Made by a program: the position numbers and the translations under genes. This document shows positions 48,856-61,044 of a DNA stretch of 64,000 nucleotides, piece by piece. The notes under the pieces were generated by a model, which saw only the letters and a program-made list of their open reading frames with translations, searched no databases and was not told the origin of the DNA. The stretch is from Guillardia theta CCMP2712 (lineage: Eukaryota > Protista > Cryptophyta): the NCBI RefSeq assembly GCF_000315625.1, contig NW_005434664.1, forward strand, positions 613,497 to 677,496, given 5' to 3'. Position 1 is the first letter of the stretch. The number at the start of each line of letters is the position of its first letter.

Positions 48856-50105
48856 ATGCTACCTGGCATAAGACCAGACATGGCTAACGTTACCTACAAT
48901 CAACCTGGACCCGATCAATGGGATAATGCAGCAATGATGAAGCAGGGAGCACCTCCTGGTAGCGCATGGGATGGTACAGACCAAGGATCGAAAGTTGGCG
49001 ACAAATCAAAGGGAAAGATGGGGAGACCCAAGGGTGCGAAGGATACGAAGCCAAGGTGCATCAACCAGTGGCTGCGGTATTGTTCCTGCTTACCATGTGT
49101 ACCACAGGACGAGAAGGAGCAAACAAGCGCTGGCAGCTCTACGTAAGAGTTTGTTGTCCTGATCTGATGAGCTCGATCATGCACAGTCATTGAGCTTCTT
49201 TTAGGAGCGGCTGGGGAGGATAAGGGCGGCACTGCGAGATCGGTTTCCTCGCTACTCAGCGGTTAGTGAGCAATGGCCAGTCGTGCATACCTCACAAACG
49301 CTCAGGCGACGGAGTGCCGAAGAAGCCAGGGAGGCCAAAGGGAGCGAAAGATGCGAAGCCGCGAACTCGTCGATCGAAGCAGGAGATCGCTGAGCAGAGG
49401 AACGCGGCAGCTGCTGGCCTCCCCATGGATTCCCGTGGCAAAGTCATCAACGCGTTCGACCGCGGGATGGGAGGCCCCATGCGGGGCAGGCAGGGGCTGC
49501 CGGCCATGGGCATGGGGGGCCTCGTTGGCCCGGGCATGGGATATCCTGGCCCTCCTATTCCTCCCGGCGCCTTCGGCGATGGAAGATTATCAGCGGCTTC
49601 CTGGGCTGGACACGATCCGAAGATGATGCAGCAGTGGGAAGCACAAGGCGGCAACGCGCAGGCCTTCCAGCGGTTGAGTCAAGGTGGAGGTCTGGACCCA
49701 GCAGCATGGGAAGCGCAAGGCTACCCCGGGGGTCATATGGGCCCCATCCCTGGACACCCCGGCGGGTATGCGGCAGGGTGGTGGCATGGGCAACTTCATC
49801 ACTACCCCATGCCTGGCATGCCTCACATGCCCGGGATGATGCCGGGGATGGGCGAGGGGATGGTGTGGCCGGGAATGGCAGCTGCTCCTCCCCCAGGAGC
49901 AGCTGAGGCCGGCAACATGCCCAATGCAGGACCAGAAGGCATGGGGCCCTGGCAGGGAATGGGAGGATGGGTTTCAAACAAGGTACGATTGCATTGAATC
50001 TCGTTGCGTCCTTGCCTGTCGCTGTGCTTACTTGTTTCCTTCCAGCAAAAGCGCTCGTCCCGCGGTCAGCCAGAGATGAACTCGTTTACCAACGTTCCCC
50101 CTTGA
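48856..50105 (+). CDS. AT-hook-like (GRPKGAKDxKPR) protein with Gly/Pro/Met-rich low-complexity C-terminus, multi-exon
   Basis: Two copies, KMGRPKGAKDTKPR and KPGRPKGAKDAKPRTRRSK, then a long GMGGP/WEAQG/MPGM low-complexity region. Ends approximate. Confidence 0.75.
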
Positions 50106-50339
50106 AACTGTTTGTAGAAGAACCTGATAAATCATGCTATATCTTAATCGTAAGCTAGAGATATTTTTTGTAATTTGTATCGTGAAGCTTCATGGTAATC
50201 GCCTTTAATAAAAGTTGTGGATAAAATCATCGTGTTGCTTGTTCTGGCTCTATCTACACTTTGTATTCTCGCACTACGCACATCCACCTGGAAACGCGTT
50301 TGAGCGATCTGTTCTCACCAACACCAAAACTTACGCTGT

Positions 50340-51672
50340 GAAGAACCAGCGAGTGTCACCAACGTCTGCTGACCTGCACGGCGAGTGAGGGGCTGTGAGG
50401 GAACAGGAGCCAAGTGACCTGCGGAAGTCCTTCAACCTGGCGAGGAGGAGGGCGGGGCGGGCAAGCAGGGAGAACGAGGAGGAGAGCTTCCGTCTCTGCA
50501 AGGCTGTGAGGGGCAGGGGCAGGCGGACTGAGATGATTCACTTGATGCCGGAGCAGCAGACGTCTCCCCAACGATCTCACGGCCTGCGGAAAGAAAGTCA
50601 CTGGGGAGGGTAGAGTAGGGAGGAGGAGCAAGTCACATGGGGAGGGAGAAGAGCAAGTTGCTGAGGGAGGAGGAGGAGGAGAAATTTACAGCGGAGGGGA
50701 GGAGGAGCAGGAGGAAGTGGGGGAGTAAAAGGTCACGGAGGGTAGGAGGGGGCAAGGATGAACCTTGTTGTCTGCTGTGCGTCGATGCCAGGAGGTCAGG
50801 GCAGCAGCCAGCTTCTCCATCTCCTGTACACGGTAGCACTGGTTGCAACTGCGGGCGTTTCAGAGGGTCAGGGGCTGGGGGGGACCTTTCTCACATCCTC
50901 TTGCTCTCCATGACGCTGTTGCGGTAGACGAGCAGGGCATGGAGAACGTGAGACTGAGATGAGAGGAGGTGAGCAGAAGAAGAGGAGACGATCTTGCGGA
51001 AGGCGCTGGACCTTGATCGAGGTCCTCCTCCTCGCCAGCACCCTCCTAGCGACCTGGAGAAGTCGTTGAGGTGAGAGGACGAAAGATGAAGGGGAGGGAA
51101 GGAGAGGAGAGGAGCGGAGCGGAGGGGAGGGGAGGAGACGAGAGGAGAGGGGAGAAGAGCAGGGCAAGAGAGAAGAGAGGAGAGGAGAGAGGGATGGATT
51201 GTCGCCGTCTGACGTGCATGTTGCGATTCACTTGAGCCCATCCCATGAGCGAGACTCTCTGCAGCCGCTGGCGGTGCCGCCTGATCGAGACCTTGTCGAC
51301 ATAGCTCTCGTTCCAGACCCGTCGGAGCTTCCAAGCACGAACATCAGCAGGGGAGGGGCGAAGAGGAGGGGGAGGAAGAGGAGGAGGGAAAGGCTGGGAC
51401 AGGTGGGAGGTTAGGAGGGACCCAGGATTCAAAGGGATGGGGAGCAAGGAGGAGAGAAACAGGCAGAGGAAGAGCGGGATGAGGAGAAGCAAGGAGAGGA
51501 GGAGCAGGGTAAGGAGGGGGGCGGGGAGAAGAACTGGTCACATGAGCTGATTTGGATCCCTCACTCCAGCATGTCATCACCCCTTGTAACTTGTACCTTC
51601 GCGCCCTCATCAGGCACGAGACCAGAACCTTCCACATGTAAAAGCATCTGCAACCTCGTCAACTTACACACA

Positions 51673-51711
<39 letters not shown>

Positions 51712-54700
51712 GCCAACCGCCCCCCCTTCCCCTTTCCCCATGCCTCCCTGCCTCCTTCCTCCTCTTTCTCTCCCTCCTCATTTCCCCAGACTCTTACGTG
51801 AGCTGTTCAGATCTCAGCATACAGAGCACAATCCTCGCTCTCCTCGTCCATCGCACTTGCTTCCGCCATCCCAGGAGTGATCTGCATCAGCGTCAACCTA
51901 CTCAAGGCACCAGCCCGTCCTCGCCTCCGCTGCGCTGCCTCCTCGCTCCCTGCACGTCCTCTGAGACAGGAGTCGCCCTCCATCTCCATGGCAGCAGGTC
52001 AGTCATGTTGCCGGCATCGCGCGCTACAGCCGCAGCCGCACTCACCCCCATCGTTCCCGTCACGAGCTCCAGCACGTCTCTAGAGATTCGCATGATGAGG
52101 AGCTTGAAAGGAGCAGGAGGAGAGGTGGAGGAAGCAGAGGTGGAAGGGGTCCAGGGGAAGAAGGAGGAGCAGGAGGTGGGGGGGAGGGCTCAAAGAGGTA
52201 GAGGAGGAGCAGACCTGTCAGAACCTTCCCCAGCTAAACTTCGACGGTGGACCACAAGGCCCCAGGTCGCCAGAAGGACGAGCCTCCTCGCTGTCTCCCT
52301 AGCTGACGTCAGCCCAGTCACTAACTTCCTCCTCCTCACCTCCTCAGCAGCAGCAGCCAGCGTTGGAGAGATCGCAATGCTAACTTCTTGCGGTATAACC
52401 GACCAGCCTGCTCGTCTCCATCATCATCATCATCTACATCTACATCTACATCACCACAACCACCACCACTATCATCACCACAACCACGATCATCATCATC
52501 AGCATCATCATCATACACATATCAAGATCCTCGTCAACATCATCATTTTTCAACATCATCACCAGCATTAATCAACCTTCACCCCCATCAACACAGCAGC
52601 ACAACCTGCGACAGCTTGCGCGTCTGCTGCCGCCTTGTGGCAAGGTGTGACATCCATTGCCAGAACAGCCCTGGAAAGAATCAGAGGGAGCGGGAAAGTA
52701 GACATGCACCAGTCACTTACTCGTCTTCAGGTTCTTGTTCTTCATCCTCGCAACTGAGACATGGAACATGTTGTGGGTCATCTTGTGCAGATGCTTCCTG
52801 GAGCAGGCTGCGATGAGAGGAAAGTGCATACACGAACATTCTTCTACTCTCCGTGACAACTCTGATTGACAGTGATCGTTGATACGAAGCAACATCATTC
52901 TCACCCACAAACATCATTCTACTTACAGATATCTCAATAGATAAACTAATGGATATCATTCATACCCTCAGACATGATCTATTCACACAAGCAAACATGC
53001 AGCAGTCATTCATCCTTCAGCTCAACTCCCGCACCTATCGTGCGTGAGATCTTCTCCGAGCTTCACAGCCTGCCAGCACATGTCACATCCTCTACCGCAT
53101 GCCCTTGTCAAAACTTTTCCTCCTCCAGCGCTCCCTCCACCTTCGCCTTCGACTCTCGGTGAGCGCAGTTCCTCCACAACCCAAACCCCTTCACCTTCAC
53201 GTTCGGGTCACTTCACGACAAGAACATGCTTTCAGCACTACCATGGCAGCAAAGTCCTCCATTACATGAGGACTTTGTGACTGTGAAACGCATCATTCAG
53301 CAATCAGAGCGAAGGTATGACACGTCACCCAGGTGTTTGTCCTCAGGCACATCATCGCCGAGGACTTGAGCTGCATTCCTTGATCTCGTTGCACTCGGTT
53401 AACGAGGATGACCTTCACTCTTGTCACGACTCCATCTCCCCTCTCCTCTCCTCTCCTGTTCTCTCCTCTCCTGTTCTCTCCTCTCCTCTCCTCTCCTCTC
53501 CTCCCCTCCCCTCCCATCCCCTCCCCTCTCCTCTCTCCTCGCTCCTCCTCTGCTCTGCTCTGCCCGTCCTCTCCATCTCCTCGCTCCTTTTCTGCTCTGC
53601 TCTGTTCTCCTCTGCTCCCTGCCTTACTCATCTCTACCTTTCCCTCTTCTCTCTCTCTCGGCTCTCCTCATGGCCTACGATGCATCCTCCTAATTTGCGC
53701 CGCTTGTGAGGCAGCGAGGCGCCAGCATTTGAAGGTTCTTGTCTTGCATCTCAGCCGCTGCTGCACCCCCCAGAGAGCTTTCAGCCTGTTGAGAAAGTAT
53801 GCTCGTTCCTGACGCGACAGAGTAAACCATGTGTGGTGGTGGTTGCGGGGGGGGGGGGGGGGGGGAAGAGGAAGGGGAAATAGCCAGGGTTGGAATCTGG
53901 GCAAGAGCCAGGAAAGGAGGGAGTGAAGGAGAGGAAACTAACCGACTCGAGGTAGATGAAAGCTCGTTCTTGCACCAAGATCTTGTAGAGCAGGAGCATG
54001 TCAGGAAGGGCGAGAGGGAGGGAGGAGGGAAGGAAGGCGGGGGAGAGCAGACCACCTTGAAGCTCTTGTCGTGCTCGTCAAGCACCGTGGCGCTCTTCCT
54101 CTGACCACGAGGAGGCGATCGCATCAGAACATCGCTCAAGGGCGGAGAGGGAAAGGACAACCTTGTAGTGGTCCAACTCTTTCAGCGCGCTGGCTAGCAG
54201 GATTCTCTGCGGTATTGTCAGATCCTGGGGAGGAAGGGGAGGAGGATCGAGCACAGTTCGATGGAGTTCGTTCTTGGCATCGTCTGCTTCATCGTGAGGA
54301 GCACAAGCACAGACAACATCACGACCTGTCGCTCTCTGAGAGGTCTCGATGGCAGACCTCGACAGTACGCTCCTCGACGGCGTTGGGTACTCGGCGGCTT
54401 CTATGGTGTGAGGGCATGAAGTCAAAACCTTCTGAGGTTACCTTTGGAGTGGCTGGGAGGTGTCTTGGAGGGAGACGGGCTGTAGAACGATGAGTGACGG
54501 GACATGAAACGTTCAGTCCAAGCTCTGATGCCGTTTCATCTTCATGTCTGCGAAACCTGAAGCTTCAGCCACGGATCCAGACTTCCTCCTCTGAGCTAGG
54601 TTGTCTCGACTTCTCTTCTGGCACCTTTCCCTCCCCGCTTCCTATTTTCGCTCCCTGCCTCCTTTCTCTCCTCACCCTCTCCCCTCTCCCTCCTCCTCCT

Positions 54701-54740
54701 CCTCCTCCTTGCTCCCTCTCTCCTCCTCCTCCCTCCATCG
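50340..54740 (-). CDS. Sfi1-like (centrin-binding, Trp-periodic basic helical repeats) protein, multi-exon with long low-complexity introns
   Basis: Exons carry recurring basic helices ending in W: TFKCWRLAA, VRAWKLRRVW, SLMGWAQ, MWKVLV...VMTCW, LFWQWMSH, SLGGCWRGG. Ser/Arg-rich N-terminus. The family assignment rests on pattern only. Confidence 0.5.
51672..51712 (+). repeat. (GCTCCT)n tandem repeat in an intron
   Basis: gctcctgctcctgctcct..., about six units. Confidence 0.85.
52418..52590 (+). repeat. (CAT/CAC)n degenerate trinucleotide repeat in an intron
   Basis: catcatcatcat...caccaccac...; produces spurious poly-His and poly-Asp ORFs. Confidence 0.85.
53430..53660 (+). repeat. (CTCTC/CTCCT)n polypyrimidine low-complexity tract in an intron
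   Basis: Direct reading; similar tracts at 51085-51195 and 35750-35795. Confidence 0.85.
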
Positions 54741-54789
54741 CCCTCCAGACAATCGGGCGCTTTCCTTTTGGACAATCACACCTTTTAAA

Positions 54790-54985
54790 GAGGTAGGGGT
54801 AGTCCATTTAAATCTGATCATGGTAGGGGTACTGTTGTATTCCATTAAACGGGTCTATATATGACAAGATATCGATTTTATATTAATGGCTGACTTATGA
54901 AAACTACTCTGAATGAGCAATTAAAAAGTCATGCGCAGCATCAGAACATGCATGGGGGGTACCTCCACAGGGGTAGTACATGAAC
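54790..54985. promoter_or_regulatory. GGTAGGGGTA patch between the divergent Sfi1-like and DRC10 genes
   Basis: ggtaggggtag (about 54792), ggtaggggtac (about 54822), ggggggtacc and ggggtagtac. Confidence 0.4.
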
Positions 54986-55046
54986 ACGTAGAGGTGGTGC
55001 TGTTGACGGCCAACGGCCTGGCGATTCCCTACCAGCGTTGTAAGGA

Positions 55047-55148
55047 AGGAGCAGGAGGAGCAGGGGCAGGAGCAGGAGGAGCAGGGGCAGGAGCAGCAGG
55101 GGCAGGAGCAGCAGGGGCAGGAGCAGCAGGGGCAGCAGGGGCAGGAGC

Positions 55149-55184
<36 letters not shown>

Positions 55185-55235
55185 GGCAGGGGCAGGGGCA
55201 GGGGCAGGAGCAGGAGCAGGAGGAGCAGGAGCAGC
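55047..55235 (+). repeat. (GCAGGA/GCAGGG)n minisatellite
   Basis: About 30 hexamer units; gives poly-AG, poly-AP and poly-L spurious ORFs. Confidence 0.9.
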
Positions 55236-55536
55236 AACAGCGAGACAGAGAGAGACTGACATGTTGTGAGGAAGACACAAGGAGAGAAGGACAAAATGGC
55301 AGCAGCAGAAAGATAGACAAGTAGAGAAATCAGGAGTCAAGGAAAGATTGGGGAGGATATGGAGTTTGGAGAATAGAATGTCTTCCATGCTCAAACATCT
55401 TGGGAAAGGAATACCAAGAGATCCAGGAGAGCAACACATGAAGCGTGAACGCACTGGCCAACGTGCTCTGACGATGCTCCTGCAGTACCCGGAAGAGACC
55501 CTCTCCCTGAAGTCTGTGCAGGAGCTGCCAGCAGAC

Positions 55537-57599
55537 ATGAGCGGCAGCTATCAGCTCACCAATGTCGAAGCACAGGTACTCGCATCCCTCCCTGTTGTCG
55601 CTGGCTGATCGCCTGAGCGAAGAGGGTCATGGCGGTGCTGGACGAGCTCATCGAGGACCTCGACTTCGCCTTCTGGTATGAGGAGGGAGGCTTGCCTTGA
55701 GGCACCCGCGAGCTGACGCCGTGCTGAAGCCTGAACCCGCAAACTCTGAGCGAGATCCAAGACGTCTCCCAGCTCGTCGGACACGTGAGATTCTCGGGAG
55801 GGGTTGAGGGGACTGACGGTCGAGAAGGAGAACGAGCGATCCTTCTCGATGCAGCTCGAGCTGGAGAAGAGGTTTCGAGAGCTGGTGCAGAACATGGAGA
55901 AGTAGCAGTTGATGCCGAGAGAGCGCGTCTACTGATCCAACGCTTGCAGGCCTGTCTCGGAGTTTGTTTCGGACCCCGACCAGGCGCAGCAGGTGCGGTT
56001 GCCGTCACTAAGAGGAGGAGGGGGGCTGAGAATGGATGTCATGACGAGCTGGGCAGGACGAAGCAGTGCAGGAGTTCTTCGACGTTGCAAGGAGGCTGAG
56101 GAAGAACACGAGGGAGATTTGTAGGTTTTTGCGGAAGAACCCTAGCCTGGTGATGTCCTTTCCCCTACCTTTCAGAAGTTGACAGTTGACGATGGTACAG
56201 CGGACAAAGTTGCGAGGTTTACACCAGGAGTCATCGCCATATGTGGACAAGTTCATCAGGGTGATGAAAGGGCTTCGTGAACAGACGCTGAGGAGCTTGA
56301 GGTGAAGACATTCTTGCTCGTGGAAGCCCCTTGCTGCCTCTCACATGCTCTCCCGCCGCCCTGCAGCACGAGCGTCGAAGAGGACAAGGCAGAGAAAGAA
56401 AATTTCGAGAACGTCTCAGTCCGCGAGAAGACTCTAGCCGAGCAGGAGAGGATGCTCACGAAGGACCTGGCGACGGTGTGCTGCTCTCTCCCCACACCTC
56501 CACCTCGCGCTTGCCCTTGTGCTCTTCCTGATTCGCCTCTTCCTCCTTGGCAGGTCAAACGGGACAGGGAGAAGGCGGTGAGGGCCCGAGACAATCAGAT
56601 CGCGACGCTGGAGGTTCCTCCTACACCGCCCTGCCTTGTTGGCTGAGCGCTGCTGCAGGCAGAGAAGGAGGAGCTGCAGGAGATGACAGCGAAAGCGGGG
56701 AAGGCGGTAGGGGAAGGGAACAGTGCGGCAGACCGGCAAGCTCATGCCAAGGAAGTGGAGGCTCTGACGGTGAGGCGGCGACCGGAGGAGGGGAGGTGGA
56801 GGGGGGGGAGGGGGGGGAGGGCACGTGGAGCTGACCGGATTGAGCAGGCGAAACTCAAAGAAGTGACGACGGAGCTTGAGAAGATCAAGCAGGTGGGGCT
56901 GAGCTGGGGGCGCAGTTGGCGTTTGATGGGTCTGTGCAGGAGAACTTGGAGAAGGAGGAGAGCATGAAGAAGAGGTCGTACAAGAAGGAGACGGACGTGG
57001 AAGCTTGGATCTTGGTATCATCGCGCTGAGGAGGAGGAGGAGCTGAACATCTCCTTGCAGAAATACGACCAGGAGATGGAGACGTTGAACGAGGAGATGA
57101 CGGCGCTGCGAGAGCAGGTGGCGTGACTACAGTCGTCGACTGTCGCTGCTTGCTGACGCTCTTGCTCACAGTACTCGGCCGAGAAGGCGAGGATGCGGCG
57201 CCTGGAGAATCATTTCGAGGCCTTCAGGCTCATCGAAGGTGCCCAGTATGCTATGGAAGTCATGCAGGTAGGGAGGATGGGAACGAGGACAGCAGGGAAG
57301 GGGTGGGAAGGGAAACAATAGCAACTCGGGGGCAGGAGAGGAGGAGGAGGAGGAGGAGGAGGAGGAGGAGCTGACCTCGAGTTTCTTTCTCAAGTCGGCG
57401 AATGAGCTTGAAAAAGCAGCCAAGGCCAAGAGGCTCAACGACGCGGCGCTGCTGATCCAGAACTGCCTGCGGGGGCACAAGGTAGCTGCTCTGCTCGTGC
57501 GAGAGTTGGGTGGTGACGGTTGTGGGGAAGGGGAGGGAGGTGTTTCTCAAGACGAAGAAGAAGGGGGGCAAGAAGGGAGGCGGCAAGAAGAAGAAGTAA
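55537..57599 (+). CDS. DRC10: Dynein regulatory complex subunit 10 (IQCD), multi-exon
   Basis: LTNVEAQ/RVMAVLDEL; TREICRFLRKNP; RSL/STSVEEDK; KYDQEMETLNEE; IQ motif AALLIQNCLRGHK; Lys/Gly tail KTKKKGGKKGGGKKKK*. An in-frame upstream ATG at 55378 is possible. Confidence 0.85.
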
Positions 57600-57739
57600 A
57601 CCGTCTCTTTCCTTCCCACCCGATCCCAGGCTTCCTCATTGACAGTGTCGTGCTTGCTCGCTGCGGCCGCCTGGATCCGATGATGTTCCTCCGCCTCTCC
57701 ACTGAGCGTATGTCATCTTGTCACCCCCGCCGTGTCACG

Positions 57740-57925
57740 TCAACTCAGTGCGGCCCCGCCCCGAGCGAGCCTGAGTGCCGCCCGGCGCAGCCGTGACTGT
57801 TACGCAAGATGACCGGCCGCGGCCGGGCCCCGGCGCCGGGCGCGGCGGCCCGGCACGAAACTTTGCAAACTTTGGAACTTTTAGTTCGGGATTTCCGTTG
57901 AAATATCTAAAGTTTGAAAGTTGTG
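57740..57925. promoter_or_regulatory. CCGG patch followed by an AAACTTT/AAAGTTT cluster, upstream of the PDZ gene
   Basis: ccggccgcggccgggccccggcgccgggcgcggcggcccggc, then gaaactttgcaaactttggaactttt...aaagtttgaaagttg. Confidence 0.4.
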
Positions 57926-58340
57926 GAATTCGAAGGAAGATGAGCAGAGAGGAGCGGAGGGGCTTGGAGCAGGAGCAGCAGGAAAGAGGAGAGGGGAAGG
58001 AGATCGGAAGACGAAGGAATGGGCAGGAGAATACAGAACATGGAGCGAGCTGTATACGAAGGAAGGAATTGCTGGAAAACTCAAAATTCTCTCAGGAGAG
58101 AGTAGCGTATCAAGGCCGGTCGGTACCAAAGAAGGCTTGAGGTCAAGCGCATGAGGATTCTGAAATAAGAATAGGAGTAAGATTATGTTTTCAAAGCAGT
58201 CAATGGGGCTACTTAGAGTATGGATGTGAATTACACGGGAATGATTGTCAAATCTAATCTAGAGAGAGATTCCCAAGCACTGACAGTTCTGGCCAACGTG
58301 TTGAGATTGCCGTTCTTGTCCAGGAGCTTATGACCCAGCA

Positions 58341-60083
58341 ATGAACACGGATGGAATGGATCGATCACGATCTACGGAGTCGTTTCCTGGAAGCTATGCT
58401 TCCAAGCATTCTATCGATAACAACGACAACTCCATGGCTGCATCCTCGTCAAGTGAGTCTCTTCTATTCACTGTGAAGCTGTCTGAACGTGCCACTAGAT
58501 CTGGCTGGTGTCGGCATCTTCTTTCAACAAGACAGCGACTCCAATGAAGTCTTCGTGAAGACCATTGTGAAAGGAGGCTCCGCCGATCGCAGGTGAAGAA
58601 GCGGCATTCCATGGCAAGAGTTGCTCATTTGATTGATCAGCGGAGTGATTCGAATGGGAGATGTTGTGGTGAGGGTGGATCATGACAATGTGGAGGGCCA
58701 GCCGCTTGCGATCCTGCGCACAGGAATACTTGGCACACAGGTAGAGATGGGGGATCGAGTGCTCATGGGCGCTGACGACGGGGGTAGGGACGTACGTTAC
58801 GCTAGGGTTCCGAAGGAGAGAAGGGGCTGATATCACCTACTACGATGTCCCCCTCATGTGAGCCGTACATTGCTATGCGACATTGGCGAAGTGAACCTTG
58901 TTGTCTGCAGGAGAGGATCGCCAGAATACTTCGAGTCCTTGAAGGCTACCCAGCCTCTCCAGGTAGCCACTGCCGCCTGCCCTGCCTCGTAGTGTGGTTA
59001 CAGGGTGACGACAGGACGAGATCGATCGGCTGAAACGGCAGAACTCCCACTTGGAGACGCAGGTGACTGCCGTGATCGGCTGAGAGGAGCCTGAAGTGAA
59101 CTGGTTTTGCAGAAGGCGCATGATGCTGCGGAGCTGCTCCGGTACCGGCAACACATGGACCAGCAGCGGAAGGATGTAATGAACGCCCGCGGTGCCTGGC
59201 TGAAAGTTCAACTGACGGGGGCGTGCAGTTCGATCAGAAGTACCTAGACATGAACGATCTGATGGCTCGCAAGGATGAAGAGATCGCACGTCTGAAACAA
59301 GAACTCAACTCCACTGGTGATTCCCGAAGGGAAGCCACCGCCATTAGGAACGACCTCTTGAAACTCAAGGTGATACTTCCAATAGTCTGCCGAGTCTATT
59401 CGCCCTCCTGAACAATGTTTGTTGTTGCTGTTGGCAGGAATCCTACAAAGACGACGCGAGGAAAGCTGAAGAGAAGGAGAATCTCCGTATGCAGTACATT
59501 GAAGATCTCAAAAAGAAGGTAAAGAGCCTGATTTTTTTTCGCCTTCCCTTCTTGTCCCTCCTGACCTCTTCTGCTTAAGATGGAGGAAGAAAGGCAGAGA
59601 ATGGAGAGTCAGATACGAAAGCTTGAGCAAGATGTCGTTCTTATCTTGTTCCTCACTGCACCGTGACTCACACATGCCCTCAGCTGCGTAACGAGCGCCG
59701 AATGCGCGAGGACGCAGAGCTGCGAGAGAACAGGCTGGTGGAAGACATGCGGAGGAAGATGGAAGATGACAAGTCTCGCAAGCTGAAGGAGCAGGAGGCA
59801 AGAAGCAAGTTTGACAACGAAAGGAAGCGTGTGCAGGAGGCCCTCAAGCTGAACGAGACCATCGCACAGAAGCTCAAGGAGGTCGAGCCGAGCATGACGC
59901 AGGTGAGGGTTTGCTTGCTTCCCAGGACCGTCTCTCACCTCCGTGCTTGTGCGACAGCTCCACATGCAGCTGTACGTCCCTGAGAAAGGCACCTCTCCCT
60001 CCCCCTCCAACAAGATCTCCACGCAGTCCAACTTGATTCCAGCAACATCCAAAGACGACGAAGAGTCTTTCTTCATGGGATGA
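58341..60083 (+). CDS. PDZ domain plus coiled-coil protein, multi-exon
   Basis: Spliced LAGVGIFFQQ...VFVKTIVKGGSADR/SGVIRMGDVVVRVD...GILGTQ/GTYVTLGFRR (PDZ), then a long coiled coil. Ends ...KDDEESFFMG*. Confidence 0.85.
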
Positions 60084-61044
60084 CGCAAGAAAGCTCTCGT
60101 CATGCCCCCATAGAACCATGTCCGGATCATCTCCATTTTAAATAAACCAAGATTCAAACTAAAATCCACACTCCACAAGGCCTCCAGAAGAAAATTTACA
60201 TCTTTCCTCCATAGAAAGATTTCTCGTCGATCTCCGCAGCCTGCAAGCATGTCGTCATTCACGTGCCGGGGAGGAGGGAGGAGGATTACAGGGCTATCGT
60301 GCTCGTGGGATCCGGGCATCCATGCGAGCATCTTCTCGAGCCTCTCGGTCTCCCTGTTGCCAGTGTGCTTGTGCAGGGACATCTGCACGTTGTAGCTGGT
60401 GCTGAACTGAAGGTTGTATGGGATTGCCTTGGCAAGCTGAACAAACAAACAGGATGATTCAGCACACCAGCACCACCAGTAGCAACAGCAGCAAACGCAC
60501 TTAGCGAGGAAATGATTCAAATGGATGCTAAGTGATGACACAACCAAGAAAAGGAGGTTGGAACAATTATCATTCTGACCAGACAAACGAGGGCATGGGA
60601 AAAGAACGAGGGTACGGTAGAGGAGATGCAAATCGAGATGAGCATGGGGGAATTGCCACAACATAGACATGGACAACCATGACGATTAAAACGAGGAGAG
60701 GGAAAGTAGACTGATCTCTTTACTGTAGACAGTATGCGAGGAAGGATGGGAGCAAACAGAAGGAAGAAAAAAGAATTGTGGATGAGAGCAGGCAGGGAAG
60801 TTGGGAGACACGATTGGAGCGAGCAGAATGAAAGGGGAAAGGTTTGACGAAGGGAGTGAAGGGAGAGGGAAACGCAATCCGAAGGGAGGGGTTTAAAGAA
60901 AGTAGAAGTGAAGAGAAAAGAGGAAAGCCATGAAGGAAGAGAGAGAGTCAGGACGGAAGGCGGGAAGGAGAAGCATAGAGGCGCGTGAGTCAGTTTTCCC
61001 GTGCATTTTACCTGGGTGAGCATGGCTACTTGTCTCTTCGCGCA

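Noticed and set aside
51798-52571. His-rich 257-aa plus-strand ORF
   Set aside because: The poly-His comes from an intronic (CAT/CAC)n repeat antisense to the Sfi1-like gene.
54904-55538. Poly-AP, poly-L and Cys-rich (metallothionein-like) ORFs
   Set aside because: Translations of the (GCAGGA)n minisatellite.
59609-60676. 355-aa minus-strand ORF
   Set aside because: Antisense to the PDZ coiled-coil gene and runs through low-complexity purine-rich DNA; no domain signal.
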